Positions 17,561-27,405 of a DNA stretch of 45,614 nt are shown here, one piece after another. Position 1 is the first letter of the stretch. Each line of letters starts with the position of its first letter. A model generated the notes under the pieces. It searched no databases, was not told the DNA's origin, and saw only the letters and a program-made list of their open reading frames with translations. The stretch comes from Deltaproteobacteria bacterium. Its GTDB lineage: Bacteria; Myxococcota; JACRCW01. The position numbers and the translations under genes were made by a program. The stretch is from positions 1 to 45,614 of the forward strand of contig JACRCW010000036.1 of NCBI GenBank assembly GCA_016218805.1. Reading direction: 5' to 3'.

Positions 17561-19132
17561 ATGAACCTGGTGCCCCTCCGCGCCATTGTGCGCTCCGCCG
17601 TTGAGTTGACCATCCGCCATGACCGGGACGCGGTGCTGGACGCCATCCTGGGCGAACTGGAACGGCTGGTTCCCTACGACGCGGCATCCGTCCTCCTGCT
17701 GGAGGGGGACACGCTGCGCATGGTGTGTGGCCGTGGCTTCCGGCGTGACGCGGACCTTGCGGCGCTGCGCTTTCCGCGTGGCCGCAACCCGCGCCTGGAC
17801 CGCGCGCTGCGGTCCCGCGGTACCTCGCGCTTCACGGATCCCCATGAAGCAGACCCGTTTGACGGCGTGGTGAGCCAGCCGCTGGATCACCTGCATTCAT
17901 GCATGGCGGCGCCCATGCGCGTGGATGCCCGCCTCATTGGCCTCATCACCGCGGACGCGTACCAGGCGTCCCGCTTCCATGAATCCCACGAGGAGCTGCT
18001 GGAACTGTTCGCCGCGCTGGCGGCCGTGGCCATCCGCAACGCGGACCTCGTGTCGGACCTGGAAGCGGCGCGTTCCCAGCTCCAGGGCGAAGTCACCACG
18101 CTGGCCCAGGAGATTCGTGACGTCACCGGGGGCACGCACATTGTGGGGGAATCCGCACGGGCGCGCGCGCTGAAAGAGGAGATTGCGCTGGTGGGCGCCA
18201 CGGATACGGCGGTGCTCATCCTGGGCGAGACCGGCACGGGCAAGGAACTGGTTGCCCGCGCGCTGCACGCGGCCTCACCGCGCCGGGACCGCCCGCTCAT
18301 CCGCTTTGACGCGTCCGCGGTGGCACCTTCGCTGGTGGAGTCCGAGCTGTACGGTCACGTCAAGGGCGCGTTCACCGGCGCGGTGTCCCACCGTCCGGGC
18401 CGCTTTGAAGTGGCGGACGGCGGGACGCTGTTCCTGGACGAGATCGGCGAGCTGCCGCTGGACGTGCAGCCCCGGCTGCTGCGCGCGCTGCAGGAACACG
18501 AGACGGAGCGGGTGGGCGAACACCAGGTGCGCCACTTTGATGTGCGCGTCATTGCCGCCACCAACCGCGATCTCCAGGCCGAGGTGCGGCGCGGCCGCTT
18601 CCGCGCTGACCTGTTCCACCGGCTCGCCGTGTACCCCATCCGGGTCCCGCCGCTGCGCGAGCGCCTCGACGACCTGGCCATGCTCGCGGATCACTTTGCG
18701 AGGAAACTGGCGCCCCGGCTCCAACTGCAGTCCGTCCGCATCGAGCCAGCGTTTGTCGACGAGCTGCGCGGGTACCCGTGGCCCGGCAACGTGCGCGAGC
18801 TGGAGAATTCCATGGAAAGGGCGCTGGTCCGCGCCCGCGCGAATGGCCGGCATTCCGTCCGCCTGGATGCCACCGCGGCGCGGGGCCTCGCGCTGGAGGA
18901 GCCCGCGGTCAGCACCGAGCGCATGGTCACCCCGGCAGCACTTCCGGAACTGCACGGGAGCCTCAAGGAGGCCACGGCGCGCTTCCAGAAGGCCATGGTT
19001 GACAGGGTCCTGGAGGAGCACGGCGGCAGCTACGCCCGGACGGCGTCGGCGCTGGGCATGGACCGGTCCAACCTGTTTCGCCTGGTGCGGCGCCTCCGCG
19101 GAGGCAGGAAGAGCAAGCCGCCGCGTTCATGA
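17561..19132 (+). CDS. norR: NO-responsive sigma54 activator NorR (GAF-AAA+-HTH)
   Basis: GAF iron-ligand motifs NPRL, DPFDG, HSCM, ITAD; Walker [33 protein letters not shown]-terminal HTH. Confidence 0.92.
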   Translation: MNLVPLRAIVRSAVELTIRHDRDAVLDAILGELERLVPYDAASVLLLEGDTLRMVCGRGFRRDADLAALRFPRGRNPRLDRALRSRGTSRFTDPHEADPFDGVVSQPLDHLHSCMAAPMRVDARLIGLITADAYQASRFHESHEELLELFAALAAVAIRNADLVSDLEAARSQLQGEVTTLAQEIRDVTGGTHIVGESARARALKEEIALVGATDTAVLILGETGTGKELVARALHAASPRRDRPLIRFDASAVAPSLVESELYGHVKGAFTGAVSHRPGRFEVADGGTLFLDEIGELPLDVQPRLLRALQEHETERVGEHQVRHFDVRVIAATNRDLQAEVRRGRFRADLFHRLAVYPIRVPPLRERLDDLAMLADHFARKLAPRLQLQSVRIEPAFVDELRGYPWPGNVRELENSMERALVRARANGRHSVRLDATAARGLALEEPAVSTERMVTPAALPELHGSLKEATARFQKAMVDRVLEEHGGSYARTASALGMDRSNLFRLVRRLRGGRKSKPPRS

Positions 19133-19136
19133 GGCG

Positions 19137-19152
19137 TGGCATGCATCCTGCT
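19137..19152 (+). promoter_or_regulatory. sigma54 -24/-12 promoter upstream of ric
   Basis: TGGCATGCATCCTGCT (GG-N10-GC), 30 nt before the ATG at 19183. Confidence 0.75.
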
Positions 19153-19182
19153 CTGGCTGGGAGCAAACCTACGGAGGCTCTC

Positions 19183-19860
19183 ATGCTCAACCCGAACCAG
19201 TCCGTTGCCAGCATTGTGCTGGAACATTCGCAAACGGCTCCCATTCTCCAACGGCTGCGCATTGACTTCTGCTGCCGGGGATCCATGTCCCTGGCGGCGG
19301 CCTGTGAGGCCGCAGGAATCAGCACGGAGGTGGTGGTCAGCGAACTGACGCGCGCCATTGAGACCGTCCCCGGGGTGGACGGGGTGGACCCGCGCACCGA
19401 GTCCACGCCGGCGCTGATTGCCCGCATCATTGCCACGCACCACGCGTACCTGCGGGGCGCGCTGCCGTTCCTGCGGCCGCTGGCGGCCAAGGTCGCCCGC
19501 ACCCACGGCGAGCACAACCCGCGCCTGGAGGAGGTGAGTGCGCTCGTTGCCCAGCTCACCCAGGAGTTGGTGCCGCACCTGGACTTTGAAGAGGAGAGCC
19601 TGTTCCCGCTGCTGATGGCCAGGTCCGCGGACGCCCCGCGGGTGGCGCGCGAGTTGGCGTCCATGACCCAGGAGCATCACGCCGTGGGCGATCTCCTCCA
19701 GCGCATGCGCGCCGCGACGGAGGACTTCCGCGTGCCGGAGTGGGCGTGCACCAGCTACCGCACACTGTTCACGGAACTGGAGCGCCTGGAGGGTGACATC
19801 CTGCGCCACGTGCACCTGGAGAACCACGTGCTGGCGCCGCGTTTTGCGCTGGCCAACTGA
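19183..19860 (+). CDS. ric: Repair-of-iron-centres di-iron protein (RIC/YtfE/ScdA)
   Basis: 'IDFCCRG', 'HHAYLR', 'HLDFEEESLFP', 'EHH', 'ACTSY', 'HVHLENHVL'; GGAGG RBS. Confidence 0.95.
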   Translation: MLNPNQSVASIVLEHSQTAPILQRLRIDFCCRGSMSLAAACEAAGISTEVVVSELTRAIETVPGVDGVDPRTESTPALIARIIATHHAYLRGALPFLRPLAAKVARTHGEHNPRLEEVSALVAQLTQELVPHLDFEEESLFPLLMARSADAPRVARELASMTQEHHAVGDLLQRMRAATEDFRVPEWACTSYRTLFTELERLEGDILRHVHLENHVLAPRFALAN

Positions 19861-19900
19861 GCCCGCGGGATAGCGTGAGTTTTCCCGCGCGTGGTGCGCT

Positions 19901-22723
19901 TCAGGGAACCACGTGTTCGCCGGCGCCCAGGCAGGCAAACAAGAACTCCAACTCCTCATACACGCGGACGTTCAGCGTGTAGGACGTGCACTGGTAGCTG
20001 TCTCCCAGCGGGTAGACGTGGACGTAGATCCAGTCGCTGTCGTCCCAGGGGCCAATGGTGTCGTCGTTGGTGTCACTGGGCGTACCGTGCTGGTACAGCG
20101 TGTACCCGTCACAGCGCGTGGCCGTGCTGATGGCGACTGCCTGTCCCGCCGCGGCGGACCCGCTGGGGCCGCCGCCGGTGCAGCTGCCCTCGCGCAGCTC
20201 CACGCCCAGCTGTTCCCCCTGCGCCACGTCAGACAGCGTCACCTCCGCACGCAGCGTGGGAATCCAGAAGCCAAACCCTCCCTCCAGGAAATCCAGGTGA
20301 TCCATCAGGCGGAACTTGAACCAGTCATGGTCACCCGCCGGATACACGCGGAATGAGGTGGTGGTCTGCGGATTGCCGGAGGCAAACGTGCTGTCGCCGT
20401 AGATGTCCCCCAGGTTCTGCAGCGACGTGCTGCACGCGCCGGGGGGATCCGCGGGTTCACCGGTGTTGGCCGGGCAGGTGTACTGGCAGGCGTTGCCCGC
20501 CGCGCAGGACGGGTTGGCGCCGTGGCGGGCCGGGCAGGACACACAGCTCTGGTCGCTGCATTGCACCGCGTTGGCCACGCACGCGTACACGCATTGCGTG
20601 CCATTCACCACGCTCACGGACGTGTTGGGCAACGGGGAGCAGTTGTTGCCGCTGCCGGTGACCGGGATGGTGTACGTGGGATGCGAAGGGTCATTGGTGG
20701 TGATGACGATGGAACCCGGGTACGCCTGGGCCGCGGCCGGCGCAAACGCAAGGGTGAACGTCATGCCGTCCCCGCTGGTGATGCTGGCGGGCAGCGTCCG
20801 TGACGGCGTCACGGTGTACTGCGGGATGGTCACGTTGGTGGTGTTCTTCACCACCGCCGGGCTGTCCACGGTGAGTGACCCGGTGCCGGAGTTGGACACG
20901 GTGATGGTGCGCGTGACGGCGGGGCTGGTCCCAATGAGCACGCTGCCAAAGTCCACGCCGCCCTCCGGGTTGACCAGCGCGCCCGGTGACACGCCCTGGC
21001 CGGTGAGCGCCACCTGGATGAGCGGCTGGTCCGGGTCATTGGTCTGCACCAGCAGCGTGGCGGCGTCCGTGTCACCAATGTTGGCGGGCGAATAGGTGAC
21101 ATTGACGTTGGCGGTCTGCATGGAGGGCACGTCCGGCAGCGACGAGAGCGCCACGGCGAACGGCGCGGTGGACGGCGTGACGGAGAGGCTGGTGACGGAG
21201 AGCGGACCCGCGCCGGTGTTGCCCACCGCCAGCGGCAGCGTCTTGGGGCTGCCGGGGATGGCCCCGCCAAACGGCAGCGTGGCGGGGATGTCCGCGTGCG
21301 GCGGCAGGGCACCCACGCCGGTGATGGGCACGTACACGGGCAGGCCCGCGGTGCGGGTGAGCGCCAGGCTGTTGTTGAACGTACCCGCGTTGGTGGGCGC
21401 AAAGGTCACGGTGACCACCACGCTGCTGCCCGGCGTGAGCGGGTAGGGGAACGTCACGCCGCCCAGCTCCACCGTGTAGGGCGCGGGAGAGTAGCGCACC
21501 GCCGTGCCCAGCAACTCCAGGACATTGGCCGCATCCGCCGGGTTGGCCAGGGTGACCTGCTGCTGCACCGTGCGGTTCACGAACACCGACCCGAACGCGA
21601 TGGGGCTGGGAGTGACGTCCACGCGGCTGTCCTGCCCCAGCGCGGCCACGGGAATGCGCCGCGTGGTGGGTGCCCCGGCGACGTCCGCCGTGACGACGAG
21701 TTCGGTGTTGGCATCCCCCGCGGCGCCCGCGTTGAACGTCAGCGCGATGTCAATGATGTCCACCGGGTAGGCCCCGGACGCCTGGTCCGACACGCACAGG
21801 CCGCCCGTGCACGACGCTGCGCCCACCCCGCAATCCGCCAATCCGGTGCACGCCCCCGGATAGGTGGAGATGGAACGGGGCATGGGGCCCGCCGCCACGG
21901 AGAACAGCGAACTCACCGGCGGGTCCAGCGCCACGCTGGTCACCGCCAGCGCGCTGTTGGACGCCCCGTTGTTCTTCACAAACAGGTGCAGGGTCACCGG
22001 CGTGCCCACCGGCGTGGGAGGGACCTGGGCCTGCGTGACGTCGGCGGTGGCGTCGGGCGAACTGACAATGATCATCGTGGGGTCGCCCTTGAATTCGGCC
22101 AGCAGCGGGAGTTCCACCAGCGCGTTGGATGCGTTGGTCACCACCATGAGCGTGGCGTGGTCACCGGTGGCGTCGCGCGCCGTGTGCCGGATGCGGACGG
22201 TGATCTGCGTCCCCACACCCAGCGCCGCGGGCTGGCCGCCCACCACCTCCAGCGTGAACTCGCCGCTGGGGTTGTCCCGGAACGCCAGGCTGATGAGGCT
22301 GGCCGGGGCCACGCCGTCATTGGTGACCAGCACGTTCTTCTCCACGGTGAACCCAATGCGCGTGGCGCCGAATTCCAGCGGGCCGGAGCTGGCGTCCGGG
22401 GACAGCGTGATGTGGCCCGCGGGCACGGCGGCATCCACCGTGCCGCCATCCACCGCTCCGCTGCTGGAACCGGCCGTGGCCCCGCTGGATCCCCCGGAAC
22501 TGCTGGAGCTGGACAGCCCGCCGCTGGTGGTGCCGCCGGAACTGCCGCCCGTCGTGGCGGCGCAGACGCCGTTGAGACAGATGAGGCCGGCACAATCGCT
22601 GTCCAGCGTGCACGGTGAGCCCGCGTGCGGGCCGCCGCTGCTTCCCTCGTCAGTGGGCTGGCTGTCCGGGCAGGCCCAGGACAACAGGAGCAGGGGAAGC
22701 ACGGCAAAGCGGCGCAGCGTCAT
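19901..22723 (-). CDS. Large lipoprotein with Cys-rich N-terminus and multiple ASH/choice-of-anchor-D Ig-like domains
   Basis: 'LLLLSWAC'; repeated '(L/I/V).FG.......V.N.G...L' and 'TNDP..P...V.L.G.G' units. Confidence 0.8.
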   Translation of the reverse strand: MTLRRFAVLPLLLLSWACPDSQPTDEGSSGGPHAGSPCTLDSDCAGLICLNGVCAATTGGSSGGTTSGGLSSSSSSGGSSGATAGSSSGAVDGGTVDAAVPAGHITLSPDASSGPLEFGATRIGFTVEKNVLVTNDGVAPASLISLAFRDNPSGEFTLEVVGGQPAALGVGTQITVRIRHTARDATGDHATLMVVTNASNALVELPLLAEFKGDPTMIIVSSPDATADVTQAQVPPTPVGTPVTLHLFVKNNGASNSALAVTSVALDPPVSSLFSVAAGPMPRSISTYPGACTGLADCGVGAASCTGGLCVSDQASGAYPVDIIDIALTFNAGAAGDANTELVVTADVAGAPTTRRIPVAALGQDSRVDVTPSPIAFGSVFVNRTVQQQVTLANPADAANVLELLGTAVRYSPAPYTVELGGVTFPYPLTPGSSVVVTVTFAPTNAGTFNNSLALTRTAGLPVYVPITGVGALPPHADIPATLPFGGAIPGSPKTLPLAVGNTGAGPLSVTSLSVTPSTAPFAVALSSLPDVPSMQTANVNVTYSPANIGDTDAATLLVQTNDPDQPLIQVALTGQGVSPGALVNPEGGVDFGSVLIGTSPAVTRTITVSNSGTGSLTVDSPAVVKNTTNVTIPQYTVTPSRTLPASITSGDGMTFTLAFAPAAAQAYPGSIVITTNDPSHPTYTIPVTGSGNNCSPLPNTSVSVVNGTQCVYACVANAVQCSDQSCVSCPARHGANPSCAAGNACQYTCPANTGEPADPPGACSTSLQNLGDIYGDSTFASGNPQTTTSFRVYPAGDHDWFKFRLMDHLDFLEGGFGFWIPTLRAEVTLSDVAQGEQLGVELREGSCTGGGPSGSAAAGQAVAISTATRCDGYTLYQHGTPSDTNDDTIGPWDDSDWIYVHVYPLGDSYQCTSYTLNVRVYEELEFLFACLGAGEHVVP

Positions 22724-23367
22724 GACAGGACCTCCAGCAACGGGCCGGGGGGCGAGCCCATGTCGTCAACGAGTCCAACCCCGGTCGAGGAGAGTCGTGT
22801 TGCCACGCCGTCGCCTCATCCGCAACTGGGATCCGGGTCCCCGTCACGGGCGCGGGGCGTGACGGTATCTTCAACGTGGTGAGGGTGGGTGCACCCGGGC
22901 CGCCCGGCCCCATGCACCTGCTCCGGGCGTAGAACATGCAAAAGTCCGCAATTGGCGCGGCAGCCCGGAAGCAGCGGTTCCGTTCCCGCGCTTCCCGACG
23001 ACAAAAGCAGATTCGTGGCGAAGGGGGCGGCCGCGGGAGGGCAGCGTCGCCCACTGGCGGCGGAACGCCTTGCTGCCACCCCCTGGGCGACTGGCGTGAC
23101 CAGCCGCCCCCGCATGCCCGCAAGCGGGGGCGGGTAGGCTGCACCCAGGGCATGCATGCAGGGGTGCCGATGCCGTCCTTGATACATGCGCATGCAGGCC
23201 CTCCCGGCGGCCGGCGCGCGCGGGCTCAGGATGAGATCTGCCCCGGAAAGCGCCTGCGATCCAACCGCCGCGCCTTGGGCGGTGGCAGCCTGAGGCCGGG
23301 GGCGTGACGCTACCGCGTGCTTCCAGTGTCAACCGGGTGGCGCGCGGATGGGTGTTATGCTCCGTGG

Positions 23368-24615
23368 GTGGTGGCTACCCCCGTCCAGCGCTGGCCCGCG
23401 GTGTTGCTGCTCCTCGTCGGCGGGTGCCCGCTGCCGCACGAGGATTCGCGGGACTACCGTTGCACCGCCGACTTCCTGTGCGCGGCAGGCTGGCATTGCG
23501 ACACCGGGTTGTGCCGGCGCAACTGCACCACCGACGTGGACTGTCTCGGCCAGGGCTTCTGTGTCCGCGGCGGGTGCACCCTCGACCTGCCGGGCGCCGC
23601 TTCGGCGTCCTCCACCGGCGCGGTGTCCTCCACGTCCAGCGCCACCACGTCGGGCTCCGCCGCGTCTGCGTCCGTGGCGTCGGGCAGCTCGGCGGTGTCT
23701 TCCGCCACCGCGGTCACCGCAAGCAGTTCCACGTCCGTGGCCACCAGCAGCACCGGCACGTCCTCCGAGTCGTCCGTCACCACGTCCGCGGGTCCCAGCT
23801 CCGCGGGCGCGTCCGGCTCCGCCGCCTCCTCCTCCTCGTTCCTCGCGTCGTCATCCGCCGTCCCTTCGTCGGCTTCGTCGGTTGCCGCCACCTCGTCGTC
23901 GTCGCTTCCGGCGGCCTCCGCCAGCTCCGGGACCAGCGCGGCACCGTCGTCGTCAGCGTCGTTGAGCCCCGCGACCTCCGCCGTCACGCCGTCCTCCTCA
24001 ACCGGCGGGGTGGCCGTCAGCCTGGTGGCCACGGCGACATTCTCCGCGGCCGCCCCGGTGGTCATTCCCGCGTTTGTGGGCGTGGTGCCGGGTGACTTGC
24101 TGGTGGTGCAGGTTGGTTATGACAGCGGGACCGGCGCCACCACCATCACGGCGCCGCCGGGGTGGACATTGGTGCGCCGCGATGATCACGCGACGGACTT
24201 CGGGCAGGCGCTGTACATCAAGGTCGTCGGCGCGGCGGAACCGGCGGACTACACGTGGGTGCTCACCGGCAACCCGTCCACCACCGCGCTGGGCCTGGTC
24301 TACCGCGGCGTGGACACGGCGGTCCCACTGGATGTTCATGCGGGTGCCGTGGGTGACGGGACGGCGCTCACCGCGCCCGCGCTGGTCACCACGGTTCCGG
24401 GTGACATCGTCGTGGTGTTCTTTGGGCACGACAGCCCGGCGGCGACGCTGACCCCGGCAGCGCCGTTGGTGACCCGGGCCACGGCGAATGCCGCGGAATC
24501 CGCGCTTGCCGCCGACCTCCAGCTTGTTGGCGCCGGGGCCGCGGGCCCGTGGACGGCGACCAGTTCGCTGACCAATCAGTGGACCGCCCAGGCCATCACG
24601 CTGCGCCGCCGCTGA
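23368..24615 (+). CDS. Lipoprotein with Cys-rich repeats, long Ser/Ala linker and C-terminal beta domain
   Basis: 'VLLLLVGGCP'; 'CTTDVDC..GFCVRGGC'; long Ser/Ala/Thr tract. Start uncertain (ORF track gives 23317). Confidence 0.7.
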   Translation: MVATPVQRWPAVLLLLVGGCPLPHEDSRDYRCTADFLCAAGWHCDTGLCRRNCTTDVDCLGQGFCVRGGCTLDLPGAASASSTGAVSSTSSATTSGSAASASVASGSSAVSSATAVTASSSTSVATSSTGTSSESSVTTSAGPSSAGASGSAASSSSFLASSSAVPSSASSVAATSSSSLPAASASSGTSAAPSSSASLSPATSAVTPSSSTGGVAVSLVATATFSAAAPVVIPAFVGVVPGDLLVVQVGYDSGTGATTITAPPGWTLVRRDDHATDFGQALYIKVVGAAEPADYTWVLTGNPSTTALGLVYRGVDTAVPLDVHAGAVGDGTALTAPALVTTVPGDIVVVFFGHDSPAATLTPAAPLVTRATANAAESALAADLQLVGAGAAGPWTATSSLTNQWTAQAITLRRR

Positions 24616-24631
24616 CGCGGTCGCGCGGGTG

Positions 24632-25021
24632 TCACGCCGCGGTGACGACGACGGCGGTGCCGTAACAGAGCACTTCGGTTACGCCGCCCATGATGTCATT
24701 GGCGTCATACCGCACGCCGATGACGGCGTTGCCGCCGATGCGCGCGGCCTGTTGCAGCATGCGCACGTAGGCTTCCTGGCGGGTCTCTTCGCACAAGCGG
24801 GTGAACAGCGAGATATCCCCGCCGATCAACGTCTGCAGTGACCCGCCCAGCGTGCCGACGATGGAGCGCGAACGGACCGCGATGCCGCGCACCACGCCGC
24901 CGTTGCGGGTCACGCGGTACCCGGGCAGCTCAAACGCGGTGGTGGTCATCGCGGGGTCAATGCGCTCGCCGGTCAATTCGGCCGCCGGCACCCGGGCCGT
25001 TGACGACGGATGGTGGCTCAT
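24632..25021 (-). CDS. YbjQ (UPF0145) family protein
   Basis: 'GVVRGIAVRSRS', 'GGDI', 'GGNAVIGVRYD', 'EVLCYGTAV'. Confidence 0.9.
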   Translation of the reverse strand: MSHHPSSTARVPAAELTGERIDPAMTTTAFELPGYRVTRNGGVVRGIAVRSRSIVGTLGGSLQTLIGGDISLFTRLCEETRQEAYVRMLQQAARIGGNAVIGVRYDANDIMGGVTEVLCYGTAVVVTAA

Positions 25022-25120
25022 GGGCGGACGCTATCCGCGGCGGTGGGCGCGGGCAACGCGCGGCGCGCAGGGCAATTGCCCGGCGGGGGAACGGGGAGAA
25101 TGATGGCACCGAGGTGACCC

Positions 25121-26221
25121 ATGCCTGTCACGCCGCGCCGGGGCGGGGGGGCCGCGTTGCACGCGGATCCCACCCCATGGCTGCTGGAGCCGGACAACCC
25201 GTCGGTGCGCTACCTGGCGCTGCGCGACCTGTTGGACCGCCCGGCGAAGGACCGTGAACTGCAGGAAGCCCGCCGGCAGATCATGCGCAGCGGCGCGGTG
25301 CCCGCCATCCTGGCCCAGCAGGCCCAGGAGGGCGCGTGGGAGAAGCCGGAACGGTTTTACACGGCCAAATACACAGGCACCGCCTGGCAGCTCATCATCC
25401 TGGCTGAACTCATGGCGGACGGGACGGACCCGCGTATCCGTCAAGCCTGCCATCTCATCCTGGACCTGTCCCAGGACAGAGAAAGTCATGGATTCTCTGT
25501 TCACCACGCCGCGCGGTCGGGCGGCGGGCGGCACAGCGAGGTCATCCCGTGCCTGACGGGAAACCTGGTGTTTGCGCTGCTGCGCCTGGGATGCGGTGCG
25601 CGGCCTGAGGTGCAACAGGCGGTCCGGTGGATGGCCACGTACCAACGGTTTGACGACGGGATTGCGGATGCGCCGCAGGGCTGGCCCTATGACCGGTGGG
25701 AGATGTGCTGGGGCCGGCACACCTGCCACATGGGCGTGGTCAAGGCCCTGAAGGCCCTGGCGGAGATTCCGGTGCGCGCGCGCCCGCCCGCAGTGCGCCG
25801 GTGCATTGCCAACGGGGTGGAGTTCCTGCTGGTCCACCACGTGTACAAGCGCAGTCACGACCTGGCGCGCGTGTCCAAGCCGGGGTGGCAGCGGTTTGGA
25901 TTCCCGTTGATGTACCAGACGGACGTGTTGGAAATCCTGCTTATCCTCACGCAGCTGGGGTGCCGCGACGCGCGGATGCAGGAAGCGGTGGACCTGCTGC
26001 GCTCCCGGCAGGACGCCGCGGGAAGATGGTGTCTGGCGAACCCGCCCCCGGGGCGCTGCTGGGTGGACATTGAACCCAAGGGCCAGCCCAGCAAGTGGGT
26101 CACGCTGCGGGCGCTGACCGTCCTCAAGCGGCTGCGCGGCAGCAGCCTCACCGCCGGCCCGCCGCACCCGCGTGCGGGCGGGCAGCGGGGTTTGCAGCAG
26201 CCGCACGCCCGAACTACTTGA
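25121..26221 (+). CDS. Prenyltransferase/squalene-cyclase-like repeat (alpha/alpha toroid) protein, function unknown
   Basis: 'WLLEPDNPSVRY', 'ILAQQ..EGAW', 'FGFPLMYQTDVLE', 'RQDAAGRW', 'SKWVTLRAL'. Confidence 0.7.
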   Translation: MPVTPRRGGGAALHADPTPWLLEPDNPSVRYLALRDLLDRPAKDRELQEARRQIMRSGAVPAILAQQAQEGAWEKPERFYTAKYTGTAWQLIILAELMADGTDPRIRQACHLILDLSQDRESHGFSVHHAARSGGGRHSEVIPCLTGNLVFALLRLGCGARPEVQQAVRWMATYQRFDDGIADAPQGWPYDRWEMCWGRHTCHMGVVKALKALAEIPVRARPPAVRRCIANGVEFLLVHHVYKRSHDLARVSKPGWQRFGFPLMYQTDVLEILLILTQLGCRDARMQEAVDLLRSRQDAAGRWCLANPPPGRCWVDIEPKGQPSKWVTLRALTVLKRLRGSSLTAGPPHPRAGGQRGLQQPHARTT

Positions 26222-26261
26222 ACAACCCCGCGCGGACCTGCGTTCTACCCGGAGGCGTCAC

Positions 26262-27398
26262 ATGGGGTTGTTCGACAAGTTGAAGGGTGAGTTCGTCGAC
26301 ATTGTGGAGTGGGTGGACGACAGCAACGGGCAGACGCTGGTGTGGCGGTTCCCGCGCTACCAGAACGAGATCAAGAACGGGGCGCAACTGATTGTGCGGC
26401 CGGGCCAGGCGGCCATCTTTGTGGACCAGGGCAAAATGGGGGACCTGTTCACCGAGGGCCGCCACGAACTCTCCACCGACAACATGCCGTTGCTCTCCAC
26501 GCTGCGTGGCTGGAAACACGGGTTCAACTCGCCGTTCAAGTGCGAGGTGTACTTTGTGTCCACCAAGATCATCACCGGCCTCAAGTGGGGCACGCCCAAC
26601 CCGCTGATGCTGCGCGACCCGGATTTTGGCGCCATTCGCCTGGGGGCGTTTGGGATGTACACGCTGCGCTGCACCGACCCCAACCTGCTGCTCAAGCAGC
26701 TGGTGGGCACCGACGGCGTGTACGACACCAACGAAGTCAACGACGTGTTGCGGTCCATCATCCAGTCCAGCGTGGCCACGGTGCTGGGGAAGTCCAAGAT
26801 CCCCGCGCTGGACCTGCTGTCCAACTACGAACTGCTGGGCGAAGAAGTCCGCAAGCTGGTGCTGACGCAGATTGACGACGAGTACGGCCTGGAAATCCCG
26901 CAGCTCAAGGTGGTCAACATCAACGTGCCGGACGCGGTGCAGAAGGCGTTGGACCAGCGTGCGTCCATGGGCGCGCTGGGCAGCACGACGCTGGGCCCGG
27001 CGCCAAACCTGGCGGCCTACCAGCAGTACCAGCTGGGCAACGGACTGGGGGCCGCCGGCGGTGCGGCGCCGGGGTTGAACCTGGGAATGGGCGTGGCGCT
27101 GGCCGGGCAGATGATGAACCAGGTGCAGCAGCAGCCGCCCATGATGGCACCGCCCCCGTTGCCCACCAGCCAGCAGTGGTTCTTTGGCATCAACGGGCAG
27201 AACGTGGGGCCGCTGACGCTGGAGGTGGCCCGGCAGTTTGCGCAGATGGGGCAGATCCGCGCGGACAGCCTGTGTTGGACGCAGGGCATGGGCGCGTGGC
27301 AGCCCGCGGCGCAGGTGCCGGCGCTGGCGTCGTTGTTTGGCGGTGCCGGCGGCCCGCCCCCGTTGCCCCCGTCCATGCCACCACCCATGCCGCGCTGA
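26262..27398 (+). CDS. SPFH (YdjI-like) domain protein with C-terminal GYF_2 domain
   Basis: 'EIKNGAQLIVRPGQ.A', 'FNSPFKCEVYF', 'KWGTPNP'; C-terminal 'W...NGQNVGP...LCWTQGM..W.PA'; GGAGG RBS. Confidence 0.88.
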   Translation: MGLFDKLKGEFVDIVEWVDDSNGQTLVWRFPRYQNEIKNGAQLIVRPGQAAIFVDQGKMGDLFTEGRHELSTDNMPLLSTLRGWKHGFNSPFKCEVYFVSTKIITGLKWGTPNPLMLRDPDFGAIRLGAFGMYTLRCTDPNLLLKQLVGTDGVYDTNEVNDVLRSIIQSSVATVLGKSKIPALDLLSNYELLGEEVRKLVLTQIDDEYGLEIPQLKVVNINVPDAVQKALDQRASMGALGSTTLGPAPNLAAYQQYQLGNGLGAAGGAAPGLNLGMGVALAGQMMNQVQQQPPMMAPPPLPTSQQWFFGINGQNVGPLTLEVARQFAQMGQIRADSLCWTQGMGAWQPAAQVPALASLFGGAGGPPPLPPSMPPPMPR

Positions 27399-27405
27399 GG
27401 CCACC

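Noticed and set aside
25121..26221. 'NifH' label sometimes attached to this protein family
   Set aside because: No P-loop GKGGIGKS or nitrogenase Fe-protein Cys motifs.
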